Both the position numbers and the translations under genes were made by a program. From Neovahlkampfia damariscottae (taxonomy: Eukaryota): DNA of 32,184 nt. Where the stretch lies: assembly GCA_016618085.1 (NCBI GenBank), contig JABLTG010000201.1:1-32184 (forward strand). The letters are read 5' to 3'. Positions 1-10,391 of the stretch are shown here, one piece after another. A model generated the notes under the pieces. That model worked only from the letters and a program-made list of their open reading frames with translations, was not told the DNA's origin and searched no databases. Every line of letters starts with the position of its first letter. Positions within the stretch are counted from its first letter, which is position 1.

Positions 1-1
1 T

Positions 2-148
2 TAATGTTTGACGAAATTGAAAATGAGACCAATGAAGCATTTTTCTCACTGTTGTACTATGAATTTTTCTTTCCCATTTTTTAATCATTCCTTTGACTGG
101 AAATTTTGAAATCAAAATTTCATCATTCGAGATCTTTTTCAGTATTTT
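2..148 (-). mobile_element. Fanzor2/TnpB-like nuclease fragment (RuvC-II region), running off the window start
   Basis: Manual translation, not in the ORF track: KILKKISNDEILISKFPVKGMIKKWERKIHSTTVRKMLHWSHFQFRQTL. This resembles the IS607-TnpB/Fanzor2 pattern ILIPxFxxxxMxxKxxRKIxSxTxRxMLxWSHYxFxQxL. A TAG at 149-151 closes the frame upstream, so it is probably a 5'-truncated relic. Confidence 0.7.
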
Positions 149-282
149 CTAGTTGAACAAAAGGTCTTTTTTGTTCAACTTGAACAACTTCAAGTAAAAA
201 TAACTGGCAAAATTAAATCTAATTGGCCACTTTTATCACAATAACCATCAATTCATTGGCCGTTGACAAAAAATGTGAATTT

Positions 283-3200
283 TTATTGTAATTGACTAAA
301 TGTTGAATTGAAATTGACTTTGTCAACAATAGGTTTTGGAAGAAGTAATGGTTTCATTGTTGATCTCAATTCCATCATTTCAAAATATTCTTTCAACAAT
401 TCTTTTTCTTCTTCAATTTCTTCATCAAATAAAATGTTACTGAAAAGTTGTAAAAATTCTTCATCTTTTTTAACAAAATAAATTGATCCATAAGTGACAC
501 AAACATCCAAAATTAATTTTTTTGTCATTAAATTCTTCTTTGATTCTTTCATCAAAATTTGAATTTTTTTATCCCAGGAATCGAACTTGTGTAATTTGTC
601 AATACAAAGAGATAGAAGTTTCCATTGATAAATTGATGTCAAATCAGTTGCTTCTTTTAATGAATCATAATAAAATTCAGTCATTTCTTCAGTGAATTGA
701 CCACTTTTCATTGCTTGATACATTAAGAATAACACCTTTTCTTCTTTTTCATGATTTTTTGAAAATACGAATTTCAAATGATCAATGTTCCAATTTGATA
801 ATGAAATGATTAAATTTGTAACATAAAATGAAGAATAAATTGATTCTTCAACTTCTTTAATTTCCGTTTGTTTCAATAAAGTTGATAACATCCACATAAA
901 ATCATGATCATTTTGATCTTTCACATTGTTCAACATTAAAATTAATTTTGATAAAAGAACAATATCTTTTTCATTTTTACAAAGATTGTAAATCAATTCA
1001 GAATCTAAATGGTCTTTCAAATTATTGATTGATAATAAATTGTTGAGCAAAATGATCTTTTTATCTTTTGGAACTTGACCATAACTATTTTTGATCACTT
1101 GAACACATTGTTGAATCATTTGTTCATTTGGATTTGATAATTTTCCTTTAACTTCAAATTCAGTAACAAGTGCTTGTGCCATTTGCATGATTAATTGATT
1201 AGTCATTTTTCCATTAATCAAAATAACAAGGAAGTTGGAAATATAAGGCAAATAATCCTTATCATTCACATAGGATCTTTAAAAACAAGTTAAACTAAAA
1301 AATAACACTCACGTTAAATTCTTTGATAATGAATCCAAGAATTCTTTGTCTTGTTTGATTTTGAACAATTCAACTGAAATACTGATGATATATTTCAATT
1401 TTTTCAATTGATCAAATGAAAAAGAAGGAGCCTTGAATGTTGATGTTTTATATTCATCATCTTCTTCAGGTTCAAATTCTTCTTCTCCAAATAATGAAAA
1501 GTTCAAAAAGTAAAGAATCTTTTGAACTTCATCTTCATCATCTTCTAATAATTGAACAAATGAATCATTTGAAATTAAATGATTTAAACATTTCAAGTAA
1601 TTCAAATTGTTTGGTTGCTTCAATATGAGTTTCAAAAATCCTAAATTCTCAACAACAAGAGTTGATTTATGAGTCTTCAATTCAGTGGATGTTGTTGCAA
1701 AGATTTCACTGATAAATTCATCTTCATCATCTTCTTCTTCTTCTTCGTCGTCTTTTGGAACAAAATGATTCCAAACTTTTTGTACCCAATTATTGTTCTT
1801 CTTGACATGATTGATAATCAAAGCATAAAGATAGATTGAAATATTTTTAACTTCAAATCCAAATGTATCACTTTTAATGAATAATAATAAATTTGAAATG
1901 AAATGCTCATATTTTGAAATTGAATAATCAAAATGATTTTCAATTAAACTTCTTAAAAGACCCATACAAGAGAGTAAAATAGTTTCATCATCTTTTTCAT
2001 CTTTGAATAATTTAGAAATGATGGAAATGTATTCATCCAAATTTTGTTTTTTATCCTTTTGATTTTGGATGAATGATCCTAATGCTGAAATGGAAGCACA
2101 TTTTGAACAGTCATCAAACATTTTACCAGTTTCTTGGTTTAAACTAAATAAGAGTTAGTTAATTGAATTGAAAAAACTTGATTGCTGATTTCATTGTTTG
2201 ATAAACTTCTTTTTCATCAAATTCTTGTGATTTAGTTGTTGATAAAACTTGATCTAATGCTTTGAACGCACACTCTCTAATTTCAAAATTTTGGTTTTTT
2301 GATCTTTCAACTAAATGTGAAATTAAAGTAGGTGTTAATTTAGTGAGATATTCTACTTCATTTTCTGCTTTTAAACCACTCTTCCAAATCATTTTTGCGT
2401 TGTTTTGAACTTGCTGTTAAAAAAAAAAATTTTTTTGTTTACTTGGTCCGGAAGCATGAAATTGACTAGAAAAAAGAAAATTTAAGAATCATTATTTTTT
2501 GTTCTTACTTTTTATATAACCAAACCATCAATTCATCCTTTTCAATAATTTGAGGTAATTTATTTAACAATAAATTGAATCTGAAAAATGACAATAGGTT
2601 AATTCTTTAAAAATAGACTTACGAAGAACCTGCACCATCTAAAACTTGTGCTTCTGCATGGTGAAACATGAATTTTAAAATTGGTTGAATATCTGATTTG
2701 TAATATCCACTCAATTCTGTAGCTAAATTTTCATCTAATTTTGCAACAGAAAAGTAATAAGAAATGAACAATTGAACAACAGCTTGACCTCCAATTGAAT
2801 TAACAGTAAAAGAGTTTTTATCTTTGTCGTCTCTGTGAATGATTTCATCTAAAATTTGAATCATTTTTTTTAAAGAAGAAAAGTCCAAAGCTGAAGTATC
2901 AAATTTTGATAAAGCTAAACAAATGCCATGAAGAGTTTCCCATTTATCTTTATTTCCATTTTTCAATTCCTAAAAAAAAAAAATTAAAAAAAAAAAAATT
3001 TCTACATCCAATTCTTCAATCAATTTTTTTGATTGTTGAACATTAGTTAACAATTGAGAAGCTATTTTCCTAACATTGATATTTTCATCAGATAATTTTG
3101 AAAAAGCAATTTCCTTGATTTTTTTTTTCATTTCATCTGTTAACAAAGTTGAATTTAAACTTCTATTTAAAGCTCTCAAAGATTCAAGTCTAATATATGA

Positions 3201-3804
3201 AGAATATGATTTGAATGAAATATCTGATGAGTGAGAAACAACGATATCAAAAACTTGTGTAAATTGTTTTTGAAGTGTTATGTTTTTTAACACGTATCCT
3301 AAAGTCATCATCAATCCTTCAACTGATTCAAATGATTTTCTCTCCATGGACAAAAAGTCTGCAAGACCAAATTCAAAAATTTTTTCATTGTCATAATTGG
3401 CAATCAAGTTTCCTTTTTTTTTTTAAATTTAAAAAAATGAAAAGATAAATACCTAAAGATTGAGAAGCAGCATCTCTTAACTCTCTTTTTGAGTTGAAAG
3501 TGTAATTTAAAAGTGACTTGCATAAATGAATTTCTTCACCAAAAAGATATTCAAAAGAGAACTTTCCATAGAGGTATTTCAAGATAAAACTGGTCATGGA
3601 AATGAAAATCCAATCATTTCCGAATTTATCTAAAACTTGTTGGAATACTTTTAAAAGGTTTTTCATTGAATGTTCAGGTACTTCTTCACCAGAACGAATG
3701 TAATCATAGAGAATATCAATATTTTCAATTACTTTCTTTCTGTCATAGTTTTTGCTTTCAAATTCACAACTTTCTTCAACGTTTTCAATTAATTTGTCTA
3801 ACAT
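283..3804 (-). CDS. HEAT/ARM-repeat alpha-solenoid protein, ~1085 aa, 8 exons
   Basis: ATG at 3804. GT-AG introns at 3413-3452, 2970-3005, 2581-2622, 2466-2508, 2410-2442, 2144-2177 and 1277-1312 join the six track ORFs plus short linking exons into one frame. HEAT-like motifs: KRELRDAASQSLG, LSDENINVRKIASQLL, NFEIRECAFKALDQV. Confidence 0.8.
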
Positions 3805-3896
3805 AAGTTTCACCGCTTTTTTTTTTGGTTTCTAAAATGAAATGATTGGTCGTTTCAGAACCAATCAGCTTTTTGTTTGCTTTTTCAAGCTCCAGA
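3805..3896. promoter_or_regulatory. 92-bp bidirectional promoter with opposed CCAAT boxes
   Basis: Lies between divergent ATGs at 3804 (-) and 3897 (+). ATTGG at 3845-3849 and CCAAT at 3861-3865. Confidence 0.6.
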
Positions 3897-4811
3897 ATGG
3901 AAGAAACAGCTGAATTATTAGACAGTTGCTTCAATTTTCAAGATTTCAAAAATTCGGAAAAAAATACATACATGAAAAAAGTGGTGTTATCAAATTGCCA
4001 ATTAAATAATAATCACTTGATACAAATTTCAAAATCATTGGAAGAAAATTCATCATTGACATTTTTGGATTTGAAAGGAAACCATTTTCGCGGTTCTCTG
4101 GGTCTTGAACAACTTTCAAAAGCTCTTCAGTCAAACAAACACATTAACCATGTTGATATATCACATAACCATTTTTATGAAACTGGAAAATGGATTTCTT
4201 CTGTAGTTAGATGCAATTCGACTTTGGTTTTTCTTTCATTGAAATCTACCTGGATTGATGACAAAGAAGCCATTTATTTGGCAAAAGGTTTCTGTGATAA
4301 TCATAATCATTCAATAAAAACCCTGGATTTATCAAATAATCTTATAGGGTCAAAAGGAATTGAACATTTATCAAATGCACTTGAAAACGTTTCAACATTA
4401 ACTGAATTACAATTACACGGTAATTATATTACAGATGAGTGTATTTCACATTTAGGAAAATTAATAGATGTCCACAAAAAACTCAGAATCCTTGACTTAT
4501 CTTCAAATGAGATTGGAAATATTGGTTTTCAGCTATTGGCTGAATCCGTTGAAAAAAATCATACTTTAACAAATTTGAACCTTGCTATGAACGATGCAGA
4601 TGATGAATCAATGTATCATTTTCTTCGGATCATTAAATATAATACAAATCTCTTAGTGTTACAGTTGAGTCTTTTTGATGATATTGATGACAAAACAACA
4701 TTATATTTAAAGCAAAATATAGAAATGAACAAATTTTCAGAAAAGAAAATATCGCATTATTATAAATTCATCGAACATGGACCAATGGAAGACATTTCTT
4801 TCAACATTTGA
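3897..4811 (+). CDS. Ribonuclease-inhibitor-like leucine-rich repeat protein, 304 aa
   Basis: About 28-aa RI-type LRRs (SLTFLDLKGNHF, SIKTLDLSNNLIGSKG, TLTELQLHGNYI, KLRILDLSSNEIGNIG). First ATG at 3897; intronless. Confidence 0.9.
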   Translation: MEETAELLDSCFNFQDFKNSEKNTYMKKVVLSNCQLNNNHLIQISKSLEENSSLTFLDLKGNHFRGSLGLEQLSKALQSNKHINHVDISHNHFYETGKWISSVVRCNSTLVFLSLKSTWIDDKEAIYLAKGFCDNHNHSIKTLDLSNNLIGSKGIEHLSNALENVSTLTELQLHGNYITDECISHLGKLIDVHKKLRILDLSSNEIGNIGFQLLAESVEKNHTLTNLNLAMNDADDESMYHFLRIIKYNTNLLVLQLSLFDDIDDKTTLYLKQNIEMNKFSEKKISHYYKFIEHGPMEDISFNI

Positions 4812-5364
4812 AAAAATGATCAATTATCAAATTAAATCGTGTTATTAGATCTATCAATAAACTCCTTGAATTTAATTGGATGGTCATAATTTAAGAAAAA
4901 ATCTTTTATTCAATTAATCAACCAAAGAATGGAATCTGACAAAATTAACTTGCATAAATTTTGGGAATTTCGTCTTGGATTTTATATCCTCCTTGTAAAT
5001 GGGATAAAAAAAACTTCAAAATTAAAGAAAACACCAATACAGCACACGATTGACGAAAAAACAAGTAAAAAAATGAAAATTACAAAAGAGTATCACGAAG
5101 AAGGTTCTTTCTTTACTGGTTCCACTCTTAAACAACTCCAATCATTTATAGATGAAAAGTTACCAAAATTGGATCTTGCTTTTAAGATTGAAGAAGAAAA
5201 TGTGATTTTAAACCTCATACCTCTGAAAAATTTAACAAAGACTACTCTCGCTCCAACTATTAAATTTATGTGAAGAAAAAATTGGCCAATCATTTATTGT
5301 GCTGAAGAATTCAATTTTGAATTTGACTTACTCAGTTTGTTTTTCTTTCAACTAATTTCATTAA

Positions 5365-6642
5365 TTTCAGCTCATAAATTTTTATTAGCTTCAAGAAGGT
5401 TTGATAAAAAAAAAAAACTGATTCAATAGCAAAAATTGGCTGAAATATTCTCAGATGGAAAGGATACATGAAGTTTCTGATGTATCATATGAAATCTTCT
5501 TTGATGCACTTCAATTTGATTATACAGGGAAAATTGACATAGACTATACGAACTCAGACAAATTGATAGTTTTTGCCAACAAATATGGAATAGTCGCACT
5601 CAAAGTTTGTTGTTTTGAATTCAAAGTCAAATCTATTGACTTTGATTCAGCAATTACAACAATTATGTCTGGAAAAAATAATGAGTTTGAATATGACGCG
5701 ACGGAATTAATCGATTTATTGAAAAACATACTCATGAAGTAGTCAAGACAAAAACTTTCACACATTTTGATGAAGATGCAGTTGTTACCATTTGTAAAAA
5801 TGGAGAGCTTGTTATTGGTGAATCTGATTTATTTGATGGTGTTTTGAAATGGGGAAATTATATGACAAAATTTGAAAAGAAGAGCTTGGAAGAAGTTCTG
5901 AAAAATATTCTTCCACTCATTCGTTTTCCAATGATGGAAAGACAATATCTTGAAAAAACTGTCAAACCATTAAATCTTGTATCAAAGGATGAATTAAAAG
6001 AAGCACTTGAATTTCAAAACAATCCTGATAAATTCAAAAAAGACAAAAGTGAAAAATTCAAACCAAGAGGGCCTTTGTTCATTGGTGGAACTTTAATCCA
6101 ACCAAATGAAGGATTAGTTCTTGATTCTTATTTAAAAAAAGGAAAAGGAAAAATTTGGAAATGTATTTACAAAGCTACCAAAGATAGTTTTTCTGACAGC
6201 ACATTTCATCAACATTGTGATAACAAAGGAGAACATTTACTGTTATCAAATCAACCAATGGATATATTTTTGGTAGGTATTGTCCTCTTCCATGGAGTAC
6301 AAATGGAAGTTATCAATATGATAAAGATTCCTTCATGTTTTCATTGAAAAATTCAAAAAACAAAATTTTCAAATTTGATCAAACAATCAACTTCCAAACA
6401 ATTGAAACAATCAATGGAAATTCAAGTATTTATTGTTGTTCTGGTTATGGACCAAAATTTGGTGGGGGACATGATTTATGTATCGAAACTAATTCAAATT
6501 CAAATACGAGTTATATTCAAATTTTGGTTATAATTATGATTCAAATGTTATTGGTTCTTATGGATCAACTCAAGCTCAAAACTTTTTGGTTGGATCATAC
6601 AACTTCCAAACAGTTGAAATTGAAGTCTATTCACAAAAATAA
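5365..6642 (+). pseudogene. BTB-BACK-TLDc protein pseudogene
   Basis: BTB (SAHKFLLASRS, FFDALQFDYTG), BACK (ESDLFDGVLKWG, ILPLIRFPMM) and TLDc (WKCIYKATKDSFS..FHQHCDNKG, VIKSTNGYIFG, GPKFGGGHDL, FQTVEIEVY) motifs. These sit in different frames, with frameshifts near 5715, 6232 and 6513 not explained by introns. No clear start codon. Confidence 0.8.
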
Positions 6643-6676
6643 ATGATTTATTTTGCTTTAATAAGTATGGTTCATG

Positions 6677-7115
6677 AGAACAGGTTTCTCATCAACTTGG
6701 GAAGTAGAATCAACAAGACTTTCAAAATTCGAAAAATCAACTTACAGTCTTGAAAATCAAGTCATTCAAACTTTATTATTCTCAGCATTACTTTAGGGAA
6801 TCATTTTCATTATTTTTGGATCTATTTTTGTTTTTTCATCATTTGTTGATGAGTATTGGATCTAATTTTCTTCTTGAAGATGTCAACTATATTGAACATT
6901 ATGGATTGACAAGAAAGAGATTGAATGATTAAAATTATTAAATCATTCTTCATTGCAGATACCATTATTTCAAATTGTGTTACTTTGAATCTCCAAAGAC
7001 ATTCAGATCATCACGCAAATGCTTTTAAACATTATCAATGTTTGGAAACAATAGACAATACATACTGGGCATGCTGGAATGATGGTGTCGGCTTTGGTTG
7101 AAAGTTGGAACAAGA
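6677..7115 (+). pseudogene. alkB: Alkane 1-monooxygenase (AlkB-type membrane di-iron hydroxylase), decayed C-terminal half
   Basis: Hallmark motifs NYIEHYG (from 6885) and LQRHSDHHA (6991-7017), plus STWEVESTRLSK..YSLENQV upstream and TGHAGMMVSAL downstream, in AlkB order. Interrupted by stops and frameshifts. Confidence 0.85.
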
Positions 7116-7148
7116 ATCAATAAAAACGGTTGTTTTTTGTTGTCAACC

Positions 7149-7158
7149 AAAAAGAAAA
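7149..7158 (-). terminator. Pol III oligo-T terminator of the 5S gene
   Basis: TTTTCTTTTT at and immediately after the 5S 3' end on the minus strand. Confidence 0.75.
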
Positions 7159-7276
7159 GCTTACAACACTCCCGGTTCCCAGGTGGTCTCCCACCCTAGT
7201 ACTAGGAGAGCCTGTAGGAGCTTAACTTCGCAAATCGGACGGGATGCGGTGTATTCTCCTAAGTATGGCCGTAAGC
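7158..7276 (-). rRNA. 5S ribosomal RNA (single dispersed copy)
   Basis: 119 nt: GCTTACGGCCATAC...CATCCCGTCCGATTTGCGAAGTTAAG...TAGTACTAGGGTGGGAGACCACCTGGGAA...TTGTAAGCT. The ends pair into helix I and the internal control boxes are recognisable. Confidence 0.97.
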
Positions 7277-7999
7277 GATAATAGTAAACAACAATTGAAA
7301 TGCATTATAAACCAAAATTGGTTTTCAAAAAAATTGTGAATGCCAAGCACTGCTTTTTATTTTGCAAAATAAAATGAAGCGAATTTCTGGACATAATGAT
7401 GCATCATTTTCCTCAAAACTTACAAAGATTGGTGATATTCGAAATAATATTTTGAAACTATGGGTATTAAATTTTCGAAAAAGCTCACTTTAAATTTTGA
7501 ATTTTTTGATTCTGAATTGTTTGAATTTTCTTGAACTTTTTGAGTACGTAATATTGATTAAAACTGTTAGTTGATGGAACTTGTCACTTTGTTTTTGGAG
7601 ATAGATTTGTTTGTGTTTGACTGCTTGTTGATTGGATAAAAAATTCTCCTATTTCTAGTGAATTCAGATGTCCAATGAAGTCATTGGAACGGTAATTGGA
7701 ATGGTAAATCGAAGATCTGGACAAATAAAAGCACAATGTCGTCTTAATTTTGTTTTACACTAACAAACAAAACCAAAGATGAAAGTTTTCATCGCTAACA
7801 ACATTTTTGTCAATTTTGTCAACTCCGACTACTAATATTTTTGCTTCTAGAAAATTTGTGTTCAATTATTGTTTTTTTATGTTGAGGTGCAATAATGTGC
7901 TATTATTTCTTCTGAATATCCGTGTTTCGCAAATCATTCATTGTCTGAATCTTCACAAGTGATTTGATAAGCCTTCAAAAATTTGGTGAAATTAAAACT

Positions 8000-10300
8000 T
8001 TATTTTCTCACAATATTTGTCATGTCCCAATTATCAGCTTTTTCTACACTGTACTTTGGAACTTGTTTCTTTGTTTTGACAACTTTTCTAGTTGACTTTT
8101 TTTTTAAACCTTTTTTGAAATTCTTTTTTGATTTCTTCTTCAAAGCTTTTCCTTTACCAGATTTCTTTTTCATTTTCTTGATAACTTTTTTTGTTGAATT
8201 TTTACCTTTCTTTGATTTTCTGCCAACTTTTCGACTTTTTTTTCCAACTTTTTTAACAACCTTTTCAATTTGCTTCTTTACTTGTTCTTGAATAACTTTT
8301 TTAACTTTTTTGATAAAAACAGGTTTTGGTTTCAATTTTGGATTCTTTTTAATTTCTTTTTCCAGTTCTCTTCTTTTTTTCTTTTCCAATTTCAAAATTT
8401 TTTTATTTTTTTTCGGTTTTTTGACAGTTTTAATAGTCTTTGGTTTTTCAACAGCAACTCTTTTTTCACCTGATTTTTTTAACTTTTTATTTTGTTTTTT
8501 CAAGTCTTTCTCAGTTCCTATTTTTTCAGTTTGTTTATTTTTGCCTGCTTCAGCAATAACAAAAACAGTTTTTTTCTTTGGTATTGGTTTTTTCAACTTA
8601 CAAATTGTCAAACATTTCTGAGCGAATTGTTGAGTATAGTGTTGATAAAATGATAAATCTTGAACTCTGTAAGAAGCCATTTGAGTTGGATTTTGAGTAA
8701 AATAACTATAAAAAGTTCCATAATTCTCACATGAACAATAAGCTCTTTTACTACTTGTGACAAATTGAAGGTCATAAATAAAATCAATAAGAATAAGTTT
8801 TGAGTAACCTTGGAAGTAATTATAAGCATCTAAATATTCTTGAATAGAATATTGTCCAGCTGCCCATCTTGATCTCCAAACTCTTTGTCTAAAATAAGCA
8901 AGAGCGAAAGGATCTGTAGAAGCAATTTTTGAAGTAGCAGGATTAAAAGCAACTTCTTCAGCATTTGTTAAGTATTGATTATAAATAAGCGCTAAGTTTT
9001 CAAATTTCAAGTAATCTGGATTTCTATGGCAAAGTTTTGCGAAACCTCTTAAACCGTCTTTGAAATTAATCAAAGATGCGACAATTTCCGCTTGAACTTT
9101 TGATACTTTAGCTCCTGTTCTTGTTTGAATCCAGTTGAGATATTGATAATCAATATGACCAAGAAATTGTTTCGCTGTTGGTCTTTCTTTAATCAAATCA
9201 TTAAAAGAGAGTTTCGTAACTTTTTCAAGGTTAGATTGAAATTGAGCTTGTAAATCTTTGTCTCCAGCAGTTGGTTTAGCGACGAAAAATCCTGTCTTAC
9301 AAGCGTAGTTGTATGCAGTTGTTTCATTTCCGTCTATTTTAATTCTATTGGTTAAATCCATGAAGCCTGTGGTTGGTTCAGTTGCTTTAGAACAATCCAA
9401 ATTGGTCAAATGACGACAATCGTATTGACAAACTTGTTTATCCACGCATCCATCTGTAACTGCTGTTTTCTTAGCAACTTCTGCTTTTAATTTTGCTGCC
9501 CATTGTTTGTTGAAGAGATAAGTACATTGAATGTAAATATTATAACCAACATAACTGGTAACTGTTTTTGGATCAAGTTTTCTTTCAGTGAATAATTTGA
9601 CAAGTGCATCATGCCAAGTTTTTCCTTGTCCTTGATAATAATATCCTAGACATTTACCATGGAATGTTTGATAAGCAGTGACTTTTACATTTGAATTCTT
9701 TATAATATTGTTGTATGTTGCAATCAACTCCACATATTTTTTTTGAATTTCAGCAGTAGTTGCTGTATCTTTGTATTTAGCGACTAATCTTGCAAGGACA
9801 ACTTTTTTGTGTTCTTCCCACATTAAAAACCTTTTGATGGATAAAACAACACCTCTTTTTTCCATTTCAGTTTTTGCTTTTGCCCATAATTCAGGAAAGA
9901 ATTCTTTGGAAAAACTTTAAGAAAAAAAAAAAGAAATACTTAAAGGAGTAGTTTGTTGTGGTGATATCTTAGCATATTCTGTTTCATATTCTTTTTGTAT
10001 ATCTGCCATTTTTTGTTCTTCAGCAGTTAATTCTAACATTTCTAAATCTTCAAAACTTAAAGTTCCATGAATCTCTGCTTCAGTCATTTTTCCAGATTGT
10101 AAAGTTTGATGTGCTTGAGTATATATTGAATTAATAGCATTGGTTAATTCGAGAGGAGTTTGGTCATCCATTTGTTGAATTTCTTCAACCTCACCAACTT
10201 CCAATACATTTGCTTTTTGAGCACATGTCACTGGACCAGCATAACACAATTGAATAAGTATGGTCAAAACTAAAGCAGCAACTAAAAAACGTTGAAACAT
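8000..10300 (-). CDS. Predicted secreted protein of unknown function with a long Lys-rich C-terminal tail, ~754 aa, 2 exons
   Basis: Signal-peptide-like N-terminus MFQRFLVAALVLTILIQLCYA/GP. A 36-nt intron at 9904-9939 joins the two ORFs in frame. Cys-containing middle region, then ~190 aa of very basic tail. Confidence 0.8.
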
Positions 10301-10391
10301 CTGCTAATAAGGTATATGTTTATTGGTTGATTTTTTTTGACTTGACATTTTTATTGGTCAGTTCAGACAAGAAAAAAATAAAAAATTTGTT

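Noticed and set aside
4929..5273. 114-aa ORF as a real gene
   Set aside because: No recognisable motif. It looks like a chance join of fragments within a pseudogene patch.
5365..7115. Alternative genetic code or programmed frameshifting to rescue the broken ORFs
   Set aside because: Intact genes use TAA, TAG and TGA as normal stops, and the lesions are heterogeneous. Pseudogenisation, or local assembly error, is simpler.
7668..7763. Short ORF MSNEVIGTVIGMVNRRSGQIKAQ, faintly like an IS1595/Merlin transposase strand
   Set aside because: Too short, with no catalytic motifs or terminal repeats to support it.
7983..8621. Phe-rich plus-strand ORFs resembling membrane proteins
   Set aside because: Antisense shadows of the Lys-rich tail.
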